From: Chiloscyllium plagiosum
Taxonomy: Eukaryota
Assembly (NCBI RefSeq): GCF_004010195.1
Contig: NC_057718.1
Coordinates: 14,580,455-14,644,454, forward strand
DNA length: 64,000 bases
Direction of reading: 5' to 3'
Below are positions 12,958 through 28,289 of this stretch, piece by piece; position 1 is the stretch's first letter; each line of letters opens with the position of its first letter. Both the position numbers and the translations under genes were made by a program. Below the pieces are notes generated by a model, which searched no databases, was not told where the DNA came from, and worked only from the letters and a program-made list of their open reading frames with translations.

Positions 12958-15204
12958 TAGGTGTCTGTAATGAATTGAATAACCTGATTATTCCTTTCTT
13001 TCAACATTGCTCTGATGGCTTTCCCCCTTTGGAGTGGCTCATCTGTGAGTTAGTGTAACACAATATACAGGCAACACTCTGATAACTCTACTTTCTGATC
13101 ACATTTGCTCCCTGATAAACTCTGTTTAAAATTAATTCTTGGGACTAGCCCAGCAAATATTGCTGATTCTTAACAGCCTTTGAGAAAGCAGTAGTGAGTC
13201 ACCTTCTTGAACAAGTGCAATTCCCATGGTTTAGGGACAGTGCATTTTACACAATCGAGGGAATTGCTAAACCAGTTCAAAAGGTGTTTAATAACCACCT
13301 ACACTGCTCTGGATCTGAAGTCACATAACGGCCACTTCAGGTGGCAGGTATACTTCCCTGAATGGCATTAGTGAATTCGCTTTTGCAATATCTACCCTTT
13401 TATTTCAAGTTTACTAATTCATTGAATTTAAATACCACCATAGTGCTGTGGTGACCCAAAGACACTGCAACATTTGCCTAAGTCTCTAGATTACCAGTCC
13501 AGTGATATCCCCACTGGGCTACAATCCTTTTTGATACATGTTCCTGCCTGAGACTAGTTCTCATCAAGGGGATGACATGAAGGGAAGAATCTTCCAGGCC
13601 TGGAGGTGGGCTGGGAACTCAGTCAGGAAAGATGGTGACCAACCAGAAACCCACCAGATTTGCCCAAATTAAGTTTTGTGTGGGAAGGCCCAGGCTTGAT
13701 CTTTCTGGCCTCCACCAACTGAGGCCCTTAAATGGTCAACTAATGATCACTGACCGGCCTCATCCCAGGATAAGGATGAGCTGGATGATCCAATTGGTTA
13801 TCCAGTGTCTTGTTCTGGGGTTGGGAAGTGGGAAACGGGGCTCTCTGTGTACGATCAAAAGCCACATGCCCTGCCTTTGCTTCCGACCCGCCTCTCCCCA
13901 CCCCATGGGAATGCTACTTCCCTACCAGTGCTGTTAACTCGCTCTCCTGTTGGAACCTGGCTTGGAATTACTTCAATCCCAGCTCTCAGTGTGGGGAGCC
14001 TCCACCCCAGGAGCCTAGGTCCCAAGGAAAAGGGGGAGAAAAGCATCCACTCCATCTGGATGGCACTGGCCTGTCCAGTCCATGATGTGACAGGCTTTGC
14101 TGAGGAGAAGGGACAAGGGGTTCTCTAGCTGGCAGCTAAAACCTCTCGTACCCCCGCGGGATTTCACCCTTTCTCCGTACAACTCTTAAAATCCATGCAG
14201 CAGCAGCTGCCAGCTCTCACAGCCAATGGTTTCATCTCAAACCCTCCACTGACCAGCGCTTCTCTGCTCTGCCCGCAGACTTAGCTCACTGGCTGCCAAC
14301 TGTTCAAACAGAGCTTCCTAGATCCTCCCTTATTCCTCTGTCAATCACCGCTTCCCAAACGATACTCAACTTAGGTATATGGCAACATGCAAAGGCCCTC
14401 CCAAACCCTTGCCAAACAGTCACGTGGCCAAAGATGCAGCTACAAGGCTGTGGCTCATTAGGACCCTCCATCCTTCTCAAATCATCAACTCTAAGAGGGC
14501 CAACATCCCCTACAATCATTCCTCTCTTATTCCTGATGAGTTACAAAGAAGCTACACACAGTTCCTCTTCACCTCCGCTCAAGAGAGTTGAAAGGAAAGC
14601 TCAGTACACAGTCTCTTACTCTTAAGTCGACCCTATTGCGGAGTGAATTGCTTTATTGTGCCCTGTCTAAATTGCCTTTGTCCTCTAAGCTGCAGCCTTT
14701 GACATTACCTCAAGGGTATTTCCTGATTTACCTCACCTCCTCTTGCACACACTTTTCCAACCCCTGGTAGCATCCCCTGCGATAAGGGCCTTGCCCTCTT
14801 ACCTTGACTTCTCCATAAAAGGGTGAACTTGTCCTGGTGCGCAAAGTGTTTACAGACATTTTGACAGACAAAGCCGCCAGACACAAGCAAGCTTTCAGCT
14901 GCACCCAAGGCTAAAGGATGTCATGTTATTAAAACACTGCCACAATGATCACAGCCAGCAACATTCTCCACATTTCTCCTGGTTCTGATGGACTGTGCAT
15001 GCCCCCATGTCTGCAGAACAGAATCCCAAGGGCAACATCGTGTCTTTTATTGAAAAATTTGCTGGGACATTCACTGGTCATTTCCAGAAGTAGCCCTGCA
15101 GCACTCAGAACTGACAGCAGACATCTTATTCCATCGTTTAATCTGTACCAGCTCGGGTTTCCCATTCAAACTGCTTCTGCAGCAACGGGGGAGAGCTGCT
15201 TTTT

Positions 15205-15550
15205 TCTATTCATTTACTGGATGAGAGCGTCACTAACCAGCTCAGCATTTATTGCCCATTCTTAATTGCACAGAGGGCAGTTAAGAGTCAACCACATTGC
15301 CGTAGGTCTGCAGTCACCAGGCCAGACTAGGTAAGGATGGCAGTTTCCTTCTCTAAAGGACATTAGTGAAGCAGATGGCGTTTTCTGACAATCAACTTGT
15401 GGTCGCCATTGGACTCTTAATTCCAGATTTTTATTGAATTCAAATTCTACCATCTGTCGTGGTGGGATTCAAACCCAGGTCCCCAGAACCTGACCTGGGT
15501 GTCTGGATTAACAGTCCAGCAGTACCACCACTAGGCCACTGTCACCCCTA
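15205..15550 (-). mobile_element. tRNA-derived SINE sharing its 3' end with the LINE at 35905-36640 (further decayed copies near 13110, 17175, 18620, 21725, 28590)
   Basis: Minus strand has box A TGGCCTAGTGG and box B GGTTTGAATCC. The 3' end (gggcaataaatgctg...catcc...atgaata) is shared with that LINE. Confidence 0.65.
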
Positions 15551-18287
15551 TTAATTATAGAACCAACAGAGCAGCCCACAGGTGTGAGAATAATCTTTAT
15601 ACCTAAAGGATGAGATGATGTGCATTTATAAAGCATTGTTCACAACTGTCAAACCTCTCAAAGTAATGTGCAGCCAATAAGCTACTCTTCAGGTGTGTTC
15701 ATATTGTGATGTAGAAACACAACAGCCAATGGATGCACAGCAAGCTCCCACCAAATGTTGAATGAGGGATAAATATCGTTGAACAATCCTGATTGTGCTA
15801 ATAGTTACACTTACAATCAAATGAAGATTATTAGCTGTAACATAGTTCATTTACACCTGCTACAGGAAACATTCATTCTACACGGGAAGCTGTTCTGTGC
15901 AAACATAAAATATTCCAAGCCTTATGCTTTTTCTCAAATTGCCCAGAAGCACAGGATGCCGATGGTTCCCTGTTATTTTTCCCCATTGCAATGCCTCAGC
16001 CTATTAGACGAGATTTGCGAACAAACCAGCCCTTTTCTTCCTGTAATATAAGTTATCATGATCGTTTGAAATTGGGCATTCTTGCATTCGTCCTGACCAA
16101 GGTAAGATGAGAAGCTTCACTAGAATGTTGCTCTTTTCAGCAAAGGCTGTAGGTCGGTCCTGCCAAATGACCTATGTAGCACCTTTCACCTTTTTCTAAA
16201 CATCGTGGGCAGGTGTGAAATATTCTGAGGCACTTTGGAAAAGACAGGGAGTTCCTGATCACTTCCACCCCTAAGGGACATGATCAAAAAGGACAATCAC
16301 ATTTATGTGAACACCAAAAGTGACTAAACCTCAAATAAAAAGCTGTGAAAGGTTGTAATAAGTCCTTGGGATGTCTACCTATGATAAAAATGCAATGTCT
16401 TCCTTACATTGAACCCACATGGCAAACTTTGCAGCACTACAAGTGTTGCAAGTAGCCCTTTTTGCATTCTCCTGTTTTACAGGGATAACGAGGGGCGGCA
16501 GTCAGGAAACACCATGTGGTGTGTGGTCCTCTCTATCCCCTGCTCTGGCACTGAACTGGCTGCACACTGGAGTATCACATCAACCAATAGCTGCTTCATT
16601 ATCCAGGCACACTACACTGTGTTAAATCACACAGCAGAATGAGGATTCTGCTCCTCCAGTTGCCATGGCAATAACAACATTCTGCATATTAATTGGTCAC
16701 CTCTTTCAGATAGTAATAGAACTGCAAAACAAAGCAGCTAAAAGTACTTTGGATTGTGGGCAGGTGACTGAGCCTCTTTAAGAACGCGTAAGTGACAGCA
16801 GAGAGGACAAGACTGAGATCACAGCATTTCTGCAAAACACCAATGGAAACTGTGCTCAGGTTACAATGAAGGAAGAATTTTAATCCCTCTGATTTTCTTC
16901 TCCATTTCCCTTCCTCTCTTGAAGAAAACACATGAATCTGCATTCCAACTTGGCAAGGGGTTCAAACTGTTGCCCAGTCAGGTAAAGATGCCAGGCACTG
17001 GTGGAGTGATAGAGCCAGTACCTGATGTGGAATGTGTGTACCTCGATCAATGGAAGGCTGTGGGAGGGAGGGAGGGGGCTATCACTCTGCACTGACTGGT
17101 GAGGAGCTCATTTCTTAACCTGTTGGATACACCAAGGCCAATTCTGGCACTGCAGCCCAGAACTTTTATAAAGATACATCCTTTAATGGGGTGTGGGCAT
17201 CACTGGCAAGGCCAGTATTTATTGCCTGTCCCTAATTGCTCTTGGACTGAGTGGCTTGCTCGGTCAGTTCAGAGGGCAGTTATAAGTCAATCGCATTTCT
17301 GTGGGCCTGGAGTCACATGTAGGCCAGAGCAGGAAAGGACGGCAGATTTCCTTTCCCTGAAGGATATTAGTGAACCAGGTGAGTTTTTCCGATGATTGAT
17401 GCAAGTTTCCCAATTACCATCACTGAGACTGGCTTCCAATTTGACATTTAATTAATTTCACCAGCTACCATCCTGGGATTTGAATTTGTGTCCCCAGAGT
17501 GTTTGCCTGGGCCTCTGGAATACTATGCAGTGAATACTGACACCCATCGCCTCCCGGAGTGAGATACTATGGCCTTTCAGAGGGTGAAGAGCCAACCAAC
17601 TTGCAGCAGGACTGCAGTCACATACAGGCCAGACCGGGTAAGGATGGCAGATTCCTGCCTTTGGGGGCTTTAGTAAACCAGGTGTGATTTTACAACAATC
17701 AGGTGATTTTATGATAACATTTCTGATGACTTGCTTCTTATGACCGATGTATTTAATTTGGCTTTATTTAATAATTGAACTAAATTCCCTCTAGCTGCTG
17801 CTGTTGTGGGATTTGAACCCATATTTCTAGAGCTATGGCCTGAGCTTCTGTGATCCACACAACCGTAAAAGGAGCAGACGTAGGCCATTCGGTCCTTCAA
17901 ACCTGCACCGCCATTCAATGAGATTGTGGTTGATCTGATAACTCTCAACTCCACTTTCCTGTCTTTTCCCCATAACCTTTGATTCCCTTATTGATTAAAG
18001 ATGTGTCCATCTCAGCCTTGAATATACTTAATGGTCCAGCCTTGACAGCCTGTATAGCTAAGCACTCCACAGATTCACATTCTCTGAGAGAGACATTTTG
18101 TCCTCATTGCTGTCTTAAATGGGTGGCTCCATTGGCACAGTTCTGATGAACCCAGCTGTATGAATAACCCTAATGTGTGTATGATCACTGCCCTGCATTA
18201 ACAAATCATCTAATTTGGATCATGATTGAGTTTGATCACCAATAAGATACCATCTCCCTGCTAATGTAATTTAACACGGTGGCTCAA

Positions 18288-18405
18288 AGGGTGACATGGT
18301 GGCTCAGTGCTGAGCACTGCTTCCTCACAGCACCAGGAACCCGGGTTTGATTCAGCCTCAAGTGACTGTCTGTGTGGAGTTTGCACATTCTTCCCGTGTT
18401 TGCGT

Positions 18406-18436
<31 letters not shown>

Positions 18437-18617
18437 ACAATCCAAAGATGTGCAGGTTAGGTGAATTGGCCATGCTAAATTTCCCATAGTGTTAGGTGCA
18501 TTAGTCAGGGGTAAATATAGGGTAGGGGATTGGGTCTGGGTGGGTTACTCTTCTGAAGGTCGTGTGGACTTGTTGGGCCGAAGGGCCTGTTTCCATACTT
18601 TAGGGAATCTAATCTAA
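18288..18617 (+). mobile_element. HE1-type (V-SINE) tRNA-derived SINE
   Basis: TGGCTCAGTG box A, GGTTTGATTC box B, V-domain tgtgtggagtttgcacattc...ccggtttcctcccaca, CR1-like 3' end with (AATCT)n. Confidence 0.85.
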
Positions 18618-18717
18618 ACTAATAATCCAGAGGCCCTGGCTAGCGTGCTAAGGGAATGGGTTCAGATCTTACCATGACAGAATTTAAATTCAATTAATTA
18701 ATAATTATCGTGAAACT

Positions 18718-18751
18718 CTGGATGTAGGTTTGCTTGCTGAGCTGGGAGGTA
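18718..18751 (-). mobile_element. 34-bp Penelope-like (family 3) terminal fragment with an 8-bp TSD
   Basis: GTGAAACT at 18710-18717 and 18752-18759. The reverse complement matches 43326-43358. Confidence 0.55.
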
Positions 18752-21700
18752 GTGAAACTACCTCATTGTTGTTAAAACCTATCTGGTTCATTAACACTCT
18801 TTAGAGAAGAAAATTGGCCAGTTTTTCGTAGCCATACCTACACGTGACTCCAGACCCACAGCAATGTGGTCACCTCTTAAGCGCCCCCTGGCACGCCCTA
18901 CAAAGTTGCCACGGAACAAGTCAAAATGGTTCAAGGTGGTGGCTGGCTACTAACATTTCAGGGGCAATTTTGAGTGGACAATAAAAGCTGATCTTGCTAG
19001 TGATGTTCATTACCAAGTAACAATATTCAAATCAATGAGTAAGCTTCAACTTTATGCCAGAATGGCGCTCACAATTCGAGAGAAGTGAACAGTGAACTGT
19101 ATCTTTGGTAAGTGTAAAGATTTCACCGAGGATTGACAAAGACAAAACCTACAGCTGGCACACAGTGGCTTGTGATGGCTATAATTCACAGCTAACAATG
19201 TAAAAGTTCATGTCGGGATCATGTACTAGAATTACAGCATCGTGTCTTGGAGGGCTAAAGCTGTTCAGTAATAGCATGACGGTCAGGATTGTATATCACT
19301 CAGTCTTCATGCTAAAACCGTGCCCGTCAATGAGCACATGGATATGAGCAGCCCAGATGTTTTAAACACACTGTCTACCTCCTGACAGCTGGCCACATCA
19401 GAGATGCTGCAGTTCTGACCAAAGGCCGTGTTATTTATGGCACTTACGTAGATTGAAGGAAATGTTGCAGATCGAGTGTCATGTGTTGTAGTGTCGACAT
19501 GTTTATCAAAGTCAATCTGGTTTAAATAAAGAGAGAGGTTGTGGATGTTATGCATCTTTTGAAAATCCTGAACTAGTAGAATTTGTCAAGAACGTGATTT
19601 AGAATGGAATGTAACAGCTGGTAGAGGAGGTTTCTCTGCTCGATATTTGGGGAACACAATCCCCCTGGAGCTCCCCTTAACTTTAAACTCTCCATGCCTT
19701 CATTTACCGAGGTTTCAAACTCTTGCATTCCTTCCTTGTACATCTGTGTCTCTCTCTCCTCATTTAATGCATTCTTTCAAACTTACCTCTTGATCAAGCT
19801 TCTGGTCCCTTGAGTGAACGTCTACAACTCAATATCAAATTATATCTGACAGCGTTGGCTACCAATGGTGCAAGGACAGGGATGAGCCATTGGCTTGGCT
19901 AAAATCACCAAACGTGGAAGTAGTTTGGATGTAGCCATTTAAAATAAAGGTTCTGTGACCTCACCTTCATAACCTCTCGCCCTCAAACACACCTCATATC
20001 CCATCCAACTCATCACATACCCTCCAAATAACCCTTATTCCCCCGACAGCAAGTTGTAGCACACCCATGCCCATCCTCCCACCACACATTACGCAGAAGC
20101 AATGAACCCTGTAGTGGCAACCGGATATGTTTAAATAAATATTGAAAAGTAATTAGTTCTTAAGCTTTCACTATGTTAAATAGAAATCTTCTTCTACTAC
20201 AGGGCAATGAAAGTGCCAAATTCCAGACATTTTAACAATAAGTGAACACACCCATCCTCTGTCTTACAAATATTGTGAGGTTCGTAGAGTTCAAACAACC
20301 AGAGATTTCCAGCAAGCTGGAACTCAGAGCACAGCTATCCATTATGGAATCTCAGGCAAGCTTTGTAATGTTTCCCATGGCTGTGCACCACACATCCATT
20401 AACCTGTTCAAACAGCTACTCCCCAGCTGCTGCTGGCCACACTGCTCGGCTGATCCCCATCAATTCCACAATCTTTGTGTGCAGGAGGTTAGGTAACGTC
20501 AACTATTTTGGCATTGAAACTTGAAAAGATCTGGATGATTGACACGTCTATTGCACAGTAGTAGAAAGTGGTATTTTGTAATTCATGAACAAATTACTTT
20601 TAAAAAAGTTTTTGTTTCCCCCTCTGTGGGAGAGCTCCGCGGCGGGTCAAGAAGGCAGCTCATCCCCACCATCTCAAGGGCAACTAGGGACAGGCAATGA
20701 ATGCTGGCCCAGTCAGTGACGCCCACATCCCACAAATGAATAAATAAAGAAAAAAACTCCAGTTGTGGAGAAGCCTTAAATAGCAATTTAATAGTCTCTC
20801 CATCACTTGTGGGAGATTTCTCATCACATCAAATACTCCCTTCCCCCTGACCAAATGCATCCTGAAATAAAAATGACCCTCTCTCAGAAAACAAATTTAT
20901 GTTTATTCTCTGAAGGTGGGCTTCAGATGCAAGTTTTTGTTCCTGCTTTTTGCTGCCTATCAGATTGAGAAACAGTAAATGTAACTTCTCTATTCCAAAA
21001 CAAAGTGGAACAGAAAGCAGGAAACGACAGGCCAGTTAGCTCAACTCTCATTGCAGAGGAGATGCTAGTAGTTCCTATTCAAGTTATTATAGCTGGCCAC
21101 TCAGAGAAATTCGACTTCCGAGACACGAATGCAGCATAAACATACTGTTCTAAGCGTCAGTGTTTATTTCGAGATAATTATACTTTATCAATTGTGAATC
21201 TGAGAGTGTTGAAAGGCTAAATGATTTTTGAACAAGCACTAAAACATGAGCATTAGGATTTAATTTCACACTCGAAATTAGCTTTTACCAATTACTGCAG
21301 CTGAATCACTAATCACATGCACATTAAAGTGCATCAGGTTTGGATTCATAGCCAAATGGAACAGAGTGCCACCAGAGAGAAGGATAACACTCAGATCCGA
21401 AACTTCCAAAAGATGACTGGATGATCTCCACCTATCTACATCAGGTGAGGTAGGAAAATGTGGTCACACTTCCCATGGAGTTTATTTTGCCAATAAATGA
21501 GCATGCAGCTTCACTCCTCACAATGTTCCTGAAGCTTGCTTTTATTCACACGCTGTTCTGTAATTTCTGCCAGTTGTTTCAGGCATTGAACTCAGCTTTG
21601 ATCAAAGGCTACCAGCTTACTGATAACTGTCAGGTATGTAAGTGAAATTCCACTTCAGTCATCCTGCAATTTTGAAGATGTCCGCACCCTTTTGCACCCT

Positions 21701-23559
21701 TTACTTTTCCATGGGCCGTGTATATCATGGGCAAGGCCAGTATTTGTCACCCAGCCCTAACTACCCCTGAACTGAGTGCACAGGGCAATTGAGAGGTAAC
21801 CACATTGTTGTAGGTGTGGAGTCAAACACTGTGCAAGGTTTTCAGATTTCCCTCCAGTCAGCGCATCAGATGAGTTTTCACAACAATCAATGACAGCTTC
21901 ACATCTCCATTACAAAGACAAATTTTCAATTCAAGTAGTATTCACTGAATTTATATTACGCCAGTTGTGCAGGTGGGATTTGAACCTACAAGTATACATT
22001 CCACACCTTACACCCCTGGATTACTAGTCCGATAGCAGTACCACCACACCATTGTTTCCTGTTTTTAGGGACCGTACCCTACCTGAAACCATTTTTCTCT
22101 ATAATGCATATTTTTTTCGTTGAGAATGAGCCTGAGATTATTTTTCATTCAGTGCCCTCTCCCTTCCAGCTTTTACCATCACTGATGGGGGGGTGGGGGG
22201 GGATAGATTTGGGGTGGTATTACAGGCCTGAAGTCTGTCGACATTAACCATCAATATAGACATTGTGAGTGTGTTTCTCTGTGCAAGCACCCACACATCA
22301 CCTCAGTGGATGTTTGATTGACTTAAGCATCCTTCCTTGATGCAGTTAATTCATTCTGTCACAGGCCTGAGCCAGTAATAAACAGCTAGGCCTCATCTGT
22401 AGCCTGGTCTCAGAATGTAAATTAGCGCACTCCTGCCTCAAAACCTAAAAACATAGAAGAGTCATCTCTTCCAGAAATAAGATTTAATGTGAGAAATGTA
22501 GGACAGATGGCATGTGAAACATCTGTTTAAAACGCACAGCAGCTGTGAGGACACGTAGTGCACAGGCATAGTTAGGGACTGAAGCAGAGACAACCGACGC
22601 CCTATTTTCATCCTGTACATGTGTGCTGGTCTGTCAGTGCATTCCTACCTCCAGTTGACTTTCAGGGGAAGGCTTTTGTGGATTGACTGCCACCTGTACA
22701 CCAGCTAATTAAGACGTAAAGTGCTGATGACTGGTGCTCATCAGATGGCATCTGGATTACCAAAATGGCAGGTGAGCTGCCCTGTTGAGATTGGAACAAT
22801 GACACCTGAGGTCTCCCAGAGAACAACAGAACTGGAGGACTCATCAAAGATTGTTGAACTTTTAATTAATTCCTTTATTTTCCTAGTTTAAACCACAAAA
22901 ACTTTAATGTTTACTATATCCTTATTTCTTTATTTTTCAAATTATTGTATGAAGAAATGCTTAAATTTTAAACTCTTACTACTTTGAACCGATGTCGTTT
23001 TTTTAACTCCTTGGTCCCTAAGATGGTGTTGAGTGCGATGACATTATACACTTTTCACTGTGCTCCTGTACTTGAGTTCACATGTCGATAAAATCTCAAT
23101 CTAAATCTGGATGGCATAGTGATGGCCTCTGCGAGGCAGAGATGTACTTTGCAACGCAGCCCAGCATGGGTTCGCTGTGGAGTCTTGAAAGAGCATCTCT
23201 GGGACCTCCCAGCATCCTCCTTCAGCAGCACCAGCCTCTCCTGGTGCGGCTGTCAGAGTTTCCAACTCTCCCACCCCAAACCCCTCCAGATGCTGCAAGA
23301 GATGCCTGCTGTCCGTAATTAGACAGAGCTCACTGAAAGGGCCTCTTGACTGGCTGCCTTCTCAAAACTCTGCACCCAGGATCCTCCCCAGACCTGTTTC
23401 CTGACCTAGGTATTGGGATTAGAACCCTGGGAGTAAAGCTTAGTGCCAGGTCAGTGGTTCAGAATCAATTAAATAGATGTTATGGAAGAAAAAGAGACTA
23501 AGCAACATCAGAAAGGCAGGTGTGAAGGGCAGCTAATCCTGTTTCTATCTGATATAAAT

Positions 23560-23850
23560 CAGACTTGAATTTATATAGCACCTTTCACAACCTAAAGACA
23601 TGTCAATGCATTTTACATCCAATTAAGTACCTTACTGAAGTCAGTCACTTGTTATATATAGAACACAAAGCAGCTAATTTCTACACAGCAGGTTCCCAGA
23701 AACAGCAATGTGAGAAATATGTTACATTTAAAAAGTGCATTAATTGACAAGTTTACATGGACTGAGATATTCAGGAATGCTTCCCCCCCATTCTTCAAAA
23801 GAATGGATCTTTCCCATCTATCTGAGAGGGCAGGCAGGTTTAACATTTCA
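23560..23850 (-). mobile_element. Deu-domain SINE (SacSINE1/AmnSINE1-like), decayed
   Basis: Reverse-complement similarity to 34820-35225. Confidence 0.55.
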
Positions 23851-24784
23851 CATCTGGTAGACTGCCTCACGGGGGCAATGCAGGAGATTTCTGGAGTGGA
23901 GCTTGAACAGATTCAGAGGCACAGGTGTTACCCGCTGAACCTCGGACCACATTGGCACAGCACCAGCTGAGACTCTTTAAGGTGAGCCGCACTTTCTGAT
24001 TCAATTGCTGAAATAATGAGGAGGCTCATTGGTCAATTCACCATTCCCCATTTGTTGGAGGGCGCTAACTCAGTGACTAGGGGGGGTTGAAGGTGTGCAG
24101 TGTCTCGCTGACCCTCTCTGGTTTAATTCTGCCCATGCTCAGGAGGACAATGTATTAAGCTGTCAACACATTTTTACCTCCGGTTCTGGCCATAAAATTG
24201 AGCCCAGGTGGCAAGCTACCTGAACAAAATGGCTATTTATAGCTCAGTTATGACAAGCGTTGAGCAATTAATCATCCAGTCCAGAGTCTGCTCAGTGTAT
24301 CACTAAACCCAGTGAGCTGTGAAAGGTGCTATAATCAGCAAATAGAAATGTTCTCTGGCTTTCTCTCCCTCTTGCTGTGAGCGGCCAAGCAGTGAGCTAT
24401 TGCTCATCAGAAACACAAGCCAGACAAATGCCTGAATGTCGCCTTGACCGACAGGATGTAAAACATCGAGCCGATGGCAGTATTGATTTTACTGCAAAGT
24501 TCTGGGTCTTATACAGTATACTTTCAGGTTCACTGTACACTGCCGCTACCCAGTGAGGTTCACTGTACACTATCTCTACCCAGTGAGGTTCACTGTACAC
24601 TGCCGCTACCCAGTGAGGTTCACTGTACACTATCTCTACCCAGTGAGGTTCACTGTACACTGTCTCAATCCAGTGAGATTCACTGAACACTGACGACACC
24701 CAGTGAGGTTCACTGTACACTATCTCTACCCATAGAGTTTCACTGTACACTGTCCCTATCCAGTGAGGTTCACTGGAGCGGAAG

Positions 24785-25062
24785 ATCAGACCACAGCGAA
24801 ACGACGGTTGGAGGAAGAACGCCTCATCTTCCGGCTAGGAACCCTCCAACCACAAGGGATGAACTCGGATTTCACCAGTTTCCTCATTTCCCCTCCCCCC
24901 AGCCTGTCTCAGTCAAATCCATCAAATTCAGCACCACCTTCCTAACCTGCAATCTTCTTCCCGACCTCTCCGCCCCCACCCAAGTCTGACCTATCACCCT
25001 CACCTTGACCTCTTTCCACCTATCACATTTCCGACGCCCCTCCCCCAAATCCCTCCTCCCTA
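24785..25062 (+). mobile_element. Penelope-like GIY-YIG C-terminal fragment inserted in the minisatellite, running into a gap
   Basis: KRRLEEERLIFRLGTLQPQGMNSDF, the same motif as in 41459..42586. Confidence 0.8.
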
Positions 25063-25806
25063 NNNNNNNNNNNNNNNNNNNNNNNNNNNNNNNNNNNNNN
25101 NNNNNNNNNNNNNNNNNNNNNNNNNNNNNNNNNNNNNNNNNNNNNNNNNNNNNNNNNNNNNNNNNNNNNNNNNNNNNNNNNNNNNNNNNNNNNNNNNNNN
25201 NNNNNNNNNNNNNNNNNNNNNNNNNNNNNNNNNNNNNNNNNNNNNNNNNNNNNNNNNNNNNNNNNNNNNNNNNNNNNNNNNNNNNNNNNNNNNNNNNNNN
25301 NNNNNNNNNNNNNNNNNNNNNNNNNNNNNNNNNNNNNNNNNNNNNNNNNNNNNNNNNNNNNNNNNNNNNNNNNNNNNNNNNNNNNNNNNNNNNNNNNNNN
25401 NNNNNNNNNNNNNNNNNNNNNNNNNNNNNNNNNNNNNNNNNNNNNNNNNNNNNNNNNNNNNNNNNNNNNNNNNNNNNNNNNNNNNNNNNNNNNNNNNNNN
25501 NNNNNNNNNNNNNNNNNNNNNNNNNNNNNNNNNNNNNNNNNNNNNNNNNNNNNNNNNNNNNNNNNNNNNNNNNNNNNNNNNNNNNNNNNNNNNNNNNNNN
25601 NNNNNNNNNNNNNNNNNNNNNNNNNNNNNNNNNNNNNNNNNNNNNNNNNNNNNNNNNNNNNNNNNNNNNNNNNNNNNNNNNNNNNNNNNNNNNNNNNNNN
25701 NNNNNNNNNNNNNNNNNNNNNNNNNNNNNNNNNNNNNNNNNNNNNNNNNNNNNNNNNNNNNNNNNNNNNNNNNNNNNNNNNNNNNNNNNNNNNNNNNNNN
25801 NNNNNN

Positions 25807-25935
25807 GAATCATTGGCAAACTTTAAGTGGCAATTGGATAGGTACATGGATAGATGCTTAAGCTAGGACAAATGTTCGGCACAACATCGTGGGCCGAAGG
25901 GCCTGTTCTGTGCTGTATTGTTCTATGTTCTATGT
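25807..25935 (+). mobile_element. CR1 LINE 3' end (same subfamily as 7565-7790)
   Basis: Near reverse complement of 7570-7700, ending (TGTTCTA)n. Confidence 0.8.
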
Positions 25936-28289
25936 ACACTGTCTCTCCCCAGTAAGGTACACTGAACACTGCCGTTACCCAGTGAGGTTCACTGTACACT
26001 GTCTCTACCCAGGAAGGTTGGATGTACACTGTCTCTACCCAGTAAGGATCACTGTACACTGTCTCTACCCAGTGAGGTTCACTGCACACTGCCTCTACCC
26101 AGTGAGGTTCACTGTACACTGCCTCTACTCAGTAAGGATCACTGTACACTGTCTCTACCCAGTGAGGTTCACAGCACACTGCCTCTACTCAGTAAGGTTC
26201 ACTGTACACTGCCTCTATCCAGTGAGATTCACTGTACACTGCCTCTATCCAGTGAGATTCACTGTACACTGCCTCTATCCAGTGAGGTTCACTGTACACT
26301 CTTTCTACCCAGTCAGGTTCACTGAACACTACCGCTACACAGTGAGGTTCACTGTACACTGTCTCGACCCAGTGAGGTTCACTGGACACTGCCTCTACCC
26401 AGAAAGGTCGCTGTACACTGTCTCTACCCAGTGAGATTCAGTGAACACTATTGCTACCCAGTGAGATTCAGTGAACACTATTGCTACCCAGTGAGGTTCA
26501 CTGTACACTGCCACTACCCAGTGAGATTCAGTGAACACTACCGCTACCCAGTGAGGATCACTGTATACTGCCGCTATCCAGTGAGATTCACTGAACACTG
26601 CTGCTACCCAGTGAGGTTCACTGAACACTGTATCTACCTAGTGAGGTTCACTGTACACTGCCTCTGTCCAGTGAGGCTCACTGTACACTGTATCTACCCA
26701 GAAAGGTTTACTGTACACTGTTTCTCCCCAGTAAGGATCACTGTACACTATCTCTACCCAGAAAGTTTTGCTGTACACTGTCTCTACCCAGTAAGGGGTT
26801 CACTGTAAACTGCCTGTACCCAGTGAAGTTCACTGTACACTTCCGCTATCCAGTGAGGTTCACTGAACACTGCTGCTACCCAGTGAGGTTCACTGAACAC
26901 TGTCTCTACCTAGTGAGGTTCATTGTACACTGTCTCTACCCAGTGAGATTCAGTGAACACTACCGCTACCCAGTGAGGATCACTATACTGCTGCTATCCA
27001 GTGAGATTCACTGAACACTGCTGCTATCCAGTGAGGTTCACTGAACACTGTCTCCAGCTAGTGAGGTTCACTGAACACTGCCGCTACCCAGTGAGGTTCA
27101 CTGTACACTGTCTGCACCAGTGAGGTTCACTGTACACTTTCTTTACCCAGTGAGGTTCACTGTACACTGTCTCTAACCAGTGAGGTTCACTGTACACTGT
27201 CTGTACCAGTGAGGTTCACTGAACACTGCTGCTACCCAGTGAGGTTCCCTGTACACTATCTCTACCCAGTGAGGTTCACTGTACACTGTCTCTAACCAGT
27301 GAGGTTCACTGTACACTGCCTCTGTCCAGTGAGATTCAGTGAACACTACCGCTACCCAGTGAGGTTCACTGTACACTGTCCATACCAGTGAGGTTCACTG
27401 AACACTGCCGCTACCCACTGAGGTTCCCTGTGCACTGTCTCTACCCAGTGAGGTTCACTGTACACTGTCTCTACCCAGTGAAATTCAGTGAACACTACCG
27501 CTACCCAGTGAGGATCACTGTATACTGCTGCTATCCAGTGAGATTCACTGAACACTGTCTCTACCTAGTGAGGTTCACTGTACACTGACTCTATCCAGTG
27601 AGGCTCACTGTACACTGTATCTATCCAGAAAGGTTTACTGTACACTGTTTCTCCCCAGTAAGGATCACTGTACACTGTCTCTACCCAGTAAGGGGTTCAC
27701 TGTAAACTGCCTGTACCCAGTGAAGTTCACTGTACACTTCCGCTATCCAGTGAGGTTCACTGTACACTGTCTGCACCAGTGAGGTTCACTGTACACTTTC
27801 TCTACCCATTGAAGTTCACTGTACACTGTCTCTAACCAGTGAGGTTCACTGTACACTGTCTGTACCAGTGAGGTTCACTGAACACTGCCGCTACCCAGTG
27901 AGGTTCCCTGTACACTATCTCTACCCAGTGAGGTTCACTGTACACTGTCTCTAACCAGTGAGATTCACTGTACACTGCCTCTGTCCAGTGAGATTCAGTG
28001 AACACTACCGCTACCCAGTGAGGTTCACTGTACACTGTCGATACCAGTGAGGTTCACTGAACACTGCCGCTACCCACCGACGTTCCCTGTGCACTGTCTC
28101 TACCCAGTGAGGTTCACTGTACACTGTCTGTACTAGTGAGGTTCACTGAACACTGCCGCTACCCAGTGAGGTTCCCTGTACACTATCTCTACCCAGTGAG
28201 GTTCACTGTACACTGTCTCTAACCAGTGAGGTTCACTGCACACTGTCTGTACCAGTGAGGTTCACTGTACACTGTCTCTGCCAGTGATT